From: Tubulanus polymorphus
Taxonomy: Eukaryota > Animalia > Nemertea
Direction: 5' to 3'
Length of the DNA stretch: 64,000 nucleotides
NCBI RefSeq assembly: GCF_964204645.1
Contig: NC_134029.1
Coordinates: 22,190,950 to 22,254,949, forward strand
The notes beneath the pieces were generated by a model. That model did not search any database and was not told where the DNA came from. It saw nothing but the letters and a program-made list of their open reading frames with translations. The position numbers were made by a program, and so were the translations under genes. Of this stretch, positions 54,901 through 64,000 are shown one piece after another; the first letter of the stretch is position 1, and every line of letters starts with the position of its first letter.

Positions 54901-57801
54901 TCGATGGAAATTTAATTAAACGTAACTGAAATCTCCTAATTCGGTGAGCAGTCATCGGCTTATCTGATAAAAAGTGTCATCATAAATACGACGAGAAACG
55001 ATCAATATACTTAACATCTTTATGCGTTTAGAAAGTGACGCTATCGCTGTGAAGAGCTTGTTCTGCGGCAGCGAAAATCAAGAGCTATCAGAAACGTGGC
55101 TCAGATTCATTTTGATTCGTCATAAGAGCGAATACAAAAATTCAGCATTTTCGACGAGTGTCTTTCTGTTTTCTGTGAACTGATTTTAGAATGTTCGGGG
55201 TATTGTATCGGCTGTCCCGGTTATTCCGGCCAGCGGTATAAGAAAAGATAAAAGGTACGAGATATTCATCAACATTGTACTGGTCATGCATATCATCGCA
55301 CAAACGTCACGAGGGAGGGAACCTGTATGTATATAAATGAGAAATCATGCAACATCGCGGTCGGTTTGATTATACCATATACGGGGATTTTACGCGACAG
55401 TGAAGACACCGACATCGTGTCACTGCGCATCAGTGCTAACAGACTCATACACCCGACTGACTGCTTAGTTTTGTCGAAATAACCGTATTGATGCATCACG
55501 TATCACCAATGCGTCCAAACATTTTGATAGTTAAACGTGAATTGTGGCCTGCGTCGTTTCTCAAAGGTCGCCATAACATTAGAGTGGCGCCAGCTTTGTG
55601 CGAGTAGTATTAAAAACTACTGAATCTAAATCTAATAACTGATCAGTTGTGCGTATAGTCGACACGTAGCTGTATCATCAGCTGGGACGGATGTTGAATC
55701 TGCCAATCTAACAACAGCTGATCAATTCAGTAAAATACTCTAAACAATTTAACAAAGCTTAGAACAAAGGCTTGCCACTTCAGCGAGACAGGTGCGCGAT
55801 TTTGTAGATATTCATATTCAAATTATTTTTATTCATGATCTATGAATCAGGCCAAATTCATTTGGCTTAGTTCCCACAATCTTATAGCTAACTTCTCGGC
55901 AGATTCAGATTCAGCACCACATAGCATATTTCCACTGCTTTTAATTTTCTCCCCATTATCTTCGTATTGCGGATAACAGTCTGCAAAACGCGGAGCGCGC
56001 CATTCGACGCTAATGTGCGACAGTTTGGGAATTTTGTCTTTATTGCAACACGACACAACTCACATGGGAGAACAATTATTGTCTCTCAGAAATGAATATG
56101 CGGATTTACAAAACACACAAACGAGTTGTACATAGGCGAAGAACTGATATGATGCCAGGAAGTTTTTATATCGTAGATGTTTTCACGCTCGATGAAACAT
56201 GATCTCTGAATAATGTTTATTAGTTTTTTTTGTCGATTTGCCGGTGCACGAGATGTAATGACCGAATGCATAACATGTTATTACGCTGTATATATTGATG
56301 TAATGTATTTCCCTCCAGGACACTTAGAATATGATAAAAAGATGATTTTGTTTGGGTCATAATTTTCTTGCGGAATTAGACGTGGAAAACGAGATCTTTT
56401 TGTTAAAGGAACCACGTTAGCCCGGTGCCAAATATCTAAAACATTAAGACTGGTAGTAACTTGATTACATAAATACGAGCTTTCGCGAACGTCGTAGTAC
56501 GTCATCAAATTCTTCTGATTTACTTGATGAAGCTATAGAATGCATTATACGCGAAAAACTCGAATTTTTGATTAAGTTTAACCAACCAAGTATCGTTCAG
56601 TCTTCACGTTAACAAAGGCTTGCCACTTCAGCGAGACAGGTGCGCGATTTTGTAGATATTCATATTCAAATTATTTTTATTCATGATCTATGAATCAGGC
56701 CAAATTCATTTGGCTTAGTTCCCACAATCTTATAGCTAACTTCTCGGCAGATTCAGATTCAGCACCACATAGCATATTTCCACTGCTTTTAATTTTCTCC
56801 CCATTATCTTCGTATTGCGGATAACAGTCTGCAAAACGCGGAGCGCGCCATTCGACGCTAATGTGCGACAGTTTGGGAATTTTGTCTTTATTGCAACACG
56901 ACACAACTCACATGGGAGAACAATTATTGTCTCTCAGAAATGAATATGCGGATTTACAAAACACACAAACGAGTTGTACATAGGCGAAGAACTGATATGA
57001 TGCCAGGAAGTTTTTATATCGTAGATGTTTTCACGCTCGATGAAACATGATCTCTGAATAATGTTTATTAGTTTTTTTTGTCGATTTGCCGGTGCACGAG
57101 ATGTAATGACCGAATGCATAACATGTTATTACGCTGTATATATTGATGTAATGTATTTCCCTCCAGGACACTTAGAATATGATAAAAAGATGATTTTGTT
57201 TGGGTCATAATTTTCTTGCGGAATTAGACGTGGAAAACGAGATCTTTTTGTTAAAGGAACCACGTTAGCCCGGTGCCAAATATCTAAAACATTAAGACTG
57301 GTAGTAACTTGATTACATAAATACGAGCTTTCGCGAACGTCGTAGTACGTCATCAAATTCTTCTGATTTACTTGATGAAGCTATAGAATGCATTATACGC
57401 GAAAAACTCGAATTTTTGATTAAGTTTAACCAACCAAGTATCGTTCAGTCTTCACGTTAACTGATTTGACACAAGAGAAAAATGATATTTACTGAATGGG
57501 CACAGACGGTATCAACTTTTTGCCATGAAGAAAATATTAGAAATGCATCAATTTATTCAATTCATTCTACGATTCTGAAGCCTAGGAAAATGCTATTATA
57601 ATTTTCGTTCATTTTTTTTCCAACGCGTTATTTGCAAATTCGCAAATATGGTTTATTTACCATACTTTAAAATATTACCATACTTTGTATAAGCTTACCT
57701 TTTCTTGTGCCGATTCCCGGTAGTTTTTTCTGTTTGCTTCCGTCTAAACATTGCAGCAGGAATATCCAAACAAAGAAGAAATAATACGTCCTTATGTACA
57801 T
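42943..57801 (-). CDS. Nicotinic acetylcholine receptor subunit (Cys-loop), 6 exons: 57699-57801, 48968-49110, 48421-48465, 46485-46594, 43737-44272, 42943-43598
   Basis: Phase-compatible exons: signal MYIRTYYFFFVWIFLLQCLDG; LPDEQRLVRRVFQHYDSSVRPV; 45-nt DEKNQVLVTNVWLVH; 110-nt TWKDQRIGWNP..LWLPDIVLYN; Cys-loop CKVDITYFPFDLQCC; FGSWTY; M2 GEKVTLGVTVLLSYSVFMLLVAE; EWRQVAIVMDKLFFWIF (M4). Confidence 0.93.
45275..45508. mobile_element. MITE-like element in an nAChR intron
   Basis: 15-bp TIR ccagggcgaacttcg ... cgaagttcgccctgg, with further imperfect complementarity inward; no clear TSD. Confidence 0.65.
46916..46944. repeat. Imperfect (GT)n microsatellite
   Basis: gtgtgtgcgtgtgtgtgtggtgtgtgtgc. 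Confidence 0.7.
55763..57458 (+). repeat. Direct tandem duplication of 848 bp (55763-56610 and 56611-57458) in nAChR intron 1
   Basis: Both copies start aacaaaggcttgccacttcagcgagac and end gttcagtcttcacgtt; three small ORFs repeat identically at an offset of 848. Confidence 0.97.
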
Positions 57802-60800
57802 CCTTTTCCTGCATAACCCGAAAAAACGTATCCTCAGCACAGCGAAATCCCGTCTAAACCGATTTGTAACAATTTAATCCGATTTACAACGACAAATTGG
57901 TATCGAAAATTCCACAAAGGCGTGCGAAACTGGTCACCGCAGCTACTGGCACTGCGTACTGGTTGTCCATTGGAGACTAGCGTACTGTAACGACAGCAGT
58001 TATAGGTGGAAAGCTGAAACTAACTGTCGATCCTACTGGTACCTATCGTGTTAGCGTTTTACTCAATCCTCTCTATATCTCTCTCGAGGCTCGGTTTAGA
58101 CCGCTATATTCGAACCGTCTGCGTCGATTATAATTACGTTTCAATGAATTATCGTCTATAAAAGAGAAACAACCCCCCAGTGTAGTCGATCTCAATTTAA
58201 AATCTAACAGCCTCCCGCTGTCAGCTGGTAAGTGATGCAACGGATGCGTATACCGCTGCTGCAGCTGAGTCTCGCATTCTCCATCATTGAGACCTTTCCG
58301 GCGGTCCTTAATGTCGGCAATTCATTTGAAAACAGTGTGGCAGGGATACAAATCATCTTCGTCAGCATTTTTCTGGCTTAAAGGTGGCGTCCAATGCAAA
58401 TGTGTCATTTGTCTGACAGTCGTGTTCAGGCAGGCTGCCAAGGCGGAACAGGTTACATGCCGAGTGGTAAACTAATCGAATCTCCATCAGGAATAATCTA
58501 TCTGATAGTTGCTTCTTTTTAGTTTTAACAAAACCCCACCAGGTGAGTTGCATGTTATTAATTAGATGGCGAACAAATCGAATCATCCTCTGAATTGTCT
58601 TTTTAGAATGATTTGATCCCGATAGATGGCGAGGATGCGGCAATATTTTGAGAGCCGATCATCAAGATGTAAACTTGAGCGTATTTAACTTACCATAATC
58701 TTTTAAAATCTTTCATTTCAAAAAATCGGTTTATAAAATGTATTCTCAGTGGTTTGGGCCTCGGCATTTGAGGCGATATGAGGTTAGTTTGTGCTGCACA
58801 GTAATATATCTGACAGTCGTTATTTCTTAGTTCGATCATGATTCCGATATGTGGCGAAGATAATGTCGGACATCTGCCTCCTGGTAATCAGTTAACCCGT
58901 CTGTGCTTAAGTTTCGCGATCGGATATTTATCACTCTGGTAATCAGTCCATCCGATAATTAAACGAACAATTAGGGAACTAACTAGAGGCAGTGCGGCAA
59001 TGAGTTTATATCATAACTAGACATAATTTCAGAATGATTGAAAATATGAAATATATCTAAACTGCAGATGAGAGCCTTCCACTCAGGTTTCAGGTTAAAC
59101 GAGATTATAATTCAATCTCGCCGACATTTCAAATGCTGACAACGACCCGATGTAAAACGTCGAGACGAAACGAAATACAAAGTAAAACCGAAAAGTCTAA
59201 TTAAGATAAAAACGACGCGTTCGACGCCGCTTCGAAGCCTCCGGGGAATTGTTGAAACTTCGAGGGAATCATTTGAAATTCAAGCCAGATTAGATTTGTC
59301 AAATTCTCGTTCGAATCGTTGTTCTCCGTTCAGAACAAGCGCCGTATTAATGGTTTAGAGAGACTGGCTATTGCTGAAGGTGAAAGATAGTAATTGGATT
59401 TATGGTCACATTTTCTTTGCCTCGCACTTGTGTCAACTCATCGATCAACGACGCAAATCCTTTGTCGGTGGGTACAATTCGCCACCGGCTCCACCCGATC
59501 ATAATTCATCTTTTTTCGCGCAAAATGGATTTTTTAATTTCCGAAACGTGTTTTACCGTTCCGTCGTCGACTGTCAAAATGTCGTTAGCGTTTTGTTGAA
59601 ACCGTCTACAACATGTGACAAAACAAAACACAGTCTGTGACAAAACGCTGAGTCGATTGCCAGCGGTTTTCAAATGACAGCAGCTTGCTTACACACAATT
59701 CTTGATTAAAATCGATGTCAATCAAGCGACTGAATGAACGCGGTCAATATGATTTTTTTGGGGATTTCTAAGATCGAAAATGTTGCACATACATGTGCGC
59801 ATGTATTCCCCGCACGCATTGGGCTTTTTATTGATGGATTATGAAATAAAGTTTTCATTAGAACGCGCGCTGTATGCAAACCCCCGCCGGGACAATTTAT
59901 AACACGATCTGCCACGGAAAATCGCAACATATTACTCAACCCCAGCGGCTCTGAGACGTTAATTCTATTAGAAAGCCAAGATATTGTTTGTGTTAAGAGA
60001 AGATATTGAATCCGCAGACGATAAGCAACAAGTCGAACAACTTAAACGATCGTTAACGATTTTGAATTGATACGAAATGTTCGTGGCTATGATAAACCGT
60101 ACATTTTACTATCGCTCTTATCTAAATTCGGAAAGACCTTTCTATGAACTGAGATCGAAGTTTTGTGATAAAGCTTAACTTAAACACGATTCGACTGCAA
60201 CATTACGGGCCGATATAGCTTAGTGTAATATCAGTTTTGTTTCATTTTTATTAAGCTAAATTATCACGAAGGATTTTGTCGTATTAGATTTTCCATTTTC
60301 AGCTTATAATGGAAACTGTGAAGGGATCAGATTGCTGAAGCCCTGATATATTTTCACGGCCTGGTAAACTCCAGCCATCTGTAACAACACGACAGTCTGC
60401 ATATCAGTAACATCGCTTCGCTTGAGGGTATTTTTCCACTACGGAGAAAAAAATGATCATGGTCGCTACAGTCCAACTGGCGACTACGGGCAGATTGGAG
60501 ATTTTTACTCTGAAGGTGAAAAACGACTTAAAAGTGGTCTTCGAATGAGGATTCGGTCTAGTATCTGGTCTGAAGATCAAACATTATTTGTCTATACGGC
60601 GTGAAGTATGTTCAATTCCTTCCAAGGTCTGTGCGACGAAATAGTTTTTCCCCACATAAACATCATGAATTTCTATCCGCCTCAATGTCAACATCGTAGG
60701 ACTTATTCTAACCAACTAAATAACATGTCCTTATGACATTTCTGAGCACGGTTATGTTTACGTGATGATAAATCTAACAATTTCTCGCGACGGTCTCAAA

Positions 60801-63800
60801 TAATTCGAATGATAAATTGTAGATGTCGTAGCGATATCGGGGCGTCTCGAGTATACGTACGTTTGACTATTTCCGATCGCTGCTGCTGTGGTAAGTCTCA
60901 AATCGTAGCTATCAACACCTTCAACACGTTCATTACGGCCTAGCAAGCCGGCTGTGAAATCGTTAATTGGTAATAGATCTTTCCTTCTGTATGTGACCTT
61001 TCCCAGTCGAACAGCGATCTCGCTTGCCAAAGAATGACGGATGGATATGTCGCAGTGTCAATAGCTTGTATGCCCAGAAAAGCCTTCAATTGACGGCTAA
61101 TGTCTTATGATGGAAGGCCGGCTGACCACGTTTCGAATAGAAACGAACCGCTGTGATATATGACAACGGCACGTCTGGCCGAAAATCGAAATCTGCTCAA
61201 TTCCAACACGCAATATGTATATGTATATACGCATATACAGAAAACCGGTCCGGAAATTCACCAGTAATTCTAGATCCGACAGACGATTTAGATCCGGAAT
61301 CAACGCTAAATGACGAATGGGCCGACGCGCAAATCGAGCAGCAATTACGGGATAATATTGAACCAAACAACATGACAAATTATCTAATGATACGAAAGTG
61401 AGATCATTTACACGAAATAACGTAATAGATATCATACTGCAGTGCTGGTCGTTTTAAACAAAAACACTTACTATTCATCATAATTTAAAAGCTACATTAA
61501 TTTAGTTTTTTTTTTCTCTCGTTTGTTTCGCTCTTGGGACACAATGTCGGCATCACGAATTTAATATCATTTCTGATTTCCGTAAATTATTAATTCGCGA
61601 TAGTTTTGGCTGTGTTTGATTACTGGTACAATCAAGATTGATGAGAAACTGAGATTTGTTAATTAAGCGCGAATCCAGTTAGTAGTTACCGACAAACCGC
61701 TCCCCTTTTCCATTACGACCAAACCAGCGATAACTGTTGTACTATTTTTTTGCGCAAAAAACTGACGCCTTAAGCAGTATATATTCCCGGTTCCAGAATT
61801 CTGGCACGAATCAGATATTGACAATTTTATTGAAATAAAGAACATGAAGAAGTGCTTAAGCAAAAGCATTTAAAACATGATCTATAATATTAAATGTAGT
61901 ATAGTTATTTCCAGAATTTCGATGTACTGAATTACACATCTACAAATTTAACCCCAACCAGTCACTTGTCGATTCAGGCTGGTTGGAAGCTAGTCTGAAT
62001 GGACCGGCCCGGAATATCCAATTATATACTTCGATTTATACAAAATATATATCTACCTCGATTTCAAAATCAAACCCCCTGTTTCGCTACCGGTATGTGT
62101 GGAAGGTTTGTAAAGGAAACTTTATCAAAACAAATCAAACGAAATCTACCAATCAAATAAATAACAGGGTCAATCCCTATTTCAAGATTTAAAAATACAA
62201 CAATGTAAAAAAATTTTTTTCAAAAGGCAATTCTTGAAAAATTGGATTTTAAATGTGAAGATATTTTGCAATATTTTGAAGAAAAACCTTAATATCAGCG
62301 GTTTATTTCATTCATACAGGGCGAAACCTGAAAAGTAGTTCTCTTTCGAAGTGTATTCTGATTTCTACGGTTGTTTCGGATATTTTCGTGTCGTATTTCC
62401 CTGTCGACCCAGCGGCGATTGCCATATATTTAGTGGCGAGCGCGACTGGAATTGTGAGTCATGGCGTGCTATCTGTGAATTGGCTTCATCAGCTAAAACC
62501 AGATACGCGGTCATATTTTCTAAGAATTGTATTACCGGCAGGTGTTTTTCAGATCATCCCTATACACGACAGTTCGGACAGTTGAGACGAGCAGCTCCGG
62601 GCGAAAACGTTAAAAATCCGTACAACAAACAACAAATATCTTTAAAATCGCTTTGAACGCACACAGCCCAGCCATCAGTTGAGTGGCTTTGCGCTATTAC
62701 ATACGAAATTTCTGAGTGCTTTTCTGATATATTTCTGCATTTGATAACTGATATTTTGAGAGCCTTTTATCGAAACTTCGTTACGTATGTTACCTATACG
62801 CAATGCGGAAACACCGCCCTGTAAATCCCGTCGATATTTCTCGGACCTCGCAAAAAAACCGCCTGATTGAAGATACAATAAAAATGTATCTGGAGTAATT
62901 TGCAGTTTACGGTCTAGTGAATCGGCAGCGATCAAATTGGTTTACTGTAAAAGTGCTTTCCGTTACATTACATCCATGCGTCGGGAACCGCATATACAAA
63001 TTTAATTTCATACGTATCGATATGCGGTGTAAATGGTACATGAAAGTGGATTTTCGGCAAATCAAGCGTCGTTATTTGCGAGTCGATGATACACAGCGCT
63101 AATTTCCGTACCCATCGGCAAAAAATCCATGTAACATAACGTGTCCCGTTTTTATTAAATTTACGTAGAATCTACTTAGCGTAAAATCACCATGTTGCAT
63201 ATATATACAGCACATTCTAGTTATTATATATATTGGGGTTTTTTTCATCTGTAAATTACTTTTCTGATTTTTTTGTCATTAATGTTTTATTCAGAATATC
63301 ACAGATCAACGTTCGTTGAAGGCAATATCGGTGACATAATTTTGTTACCCGATATGTTTTTCATATCGGTGTCTCTCAGCAGTAGAAATAGTTGGACGAT
63401 ATAGAAAACTAAATTGTGCAACGAGAAAAAAACCAAAAAGTTCAATGTGCTGACCAGACCGCGGCTAGGAAAATATATAACCCAAGTTGACTCAAGTCTA
63501 GACAAGTATTGCGTGCTCAGAGGTCGAAAGATTGCTTGGATCCATTTAGAGCAATACTTCACTCGAAGATTCTGGCAACAAATCATGTAATACCAACACG
63601 ATAACCATATACGTAATTCTGTTAGCCGGAACACTGTTGTAGCTGATCGTGCTGGCAACTTATTTGTCTAAAAGCAAAGTATTTTCGGCTTTCGCTTCGA
63701 GTATGGATACAGAGTCCTTTTGAAGTTAAGGCGTATCGTCAGGAGTTTGTATATCGTTAACAGGGATTAATATTGCAATCAGTACTGACAGCCTTTAGGT

Positions 63801-64000
63801 ATTGTTCTAATGGCTTTTGACAGGTGTTCCTGACTTGTATCTTCTTGGTGTCATCTACCTATTATCCTAATACGTCTTCCTGTGGCCCAACCCTACAGCT
63901 TTGTAAACAAGCTTGTTGTTTTTCTAGTTAAGTCGTGACACCCGACGCCCTGATGCGGCGTGAAATAGAATAAATTATATTCTCAGATTCCAGCGTACAT

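Noticed and set aside
55910-55930. REST/NRSE-like site (TTCAGCACCAC) in a neural gene intron, duplicated 848 bp downstream
   Set aside because: Only the left half matches (no GGACAG), REST is mainly a chordate factor, and the context gcagattcagattcagcac looks like a DNA-transposon remnant.
62351-62935. Short ORFs possibly from a transposase
   Set aside because: No DDE or other transposase motif and no paired TIRs identified.

Overview
AT-rich, intron-dense genomic DNA from an animal, most likely a bilaterian invertebrate; a lophotrochozoan is my inference from gene and repeat style. All exon models were spliced and translated by eye. The left ~43 kb is gene-dense, with many 60-150 nt GT-AG introns. 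It holds, in order: the 3' end of a probable THOC2, IDH3A, a head-to-head PCLAF(PAF15)/TRIP4 pair, SARDH, AMDHD2, PGK, a C2H2 zinc-finger gene, a 2xCUB + 17x sushi single-pass receptor with an alternating two-exon tandem expansion, and a TOR4A-like torsin. The right ~21 kb holds one long-intron nicotinic acetylcholine receptor subunit gene (6 exons, minus strand, no vicinal Cys-Cys) and non-coding upstream sequence. Repeats include a (TA)n microsatellite, a tRNA/CORE-type SINE, several MITEs (one with an 8-bp TSD), a ~163-bp tandem array in a possible Helentron-like element, and an apparently exact 848-bp tandem duplication. The strongest leads are the paired 5-cysteine sushi modules, the conserved PCLAF-TRIP4 bidirectional pair, the CC-less nAChR with an intact aromatic box, and the unnamed N-terminal domain of the zinc-finger protein.
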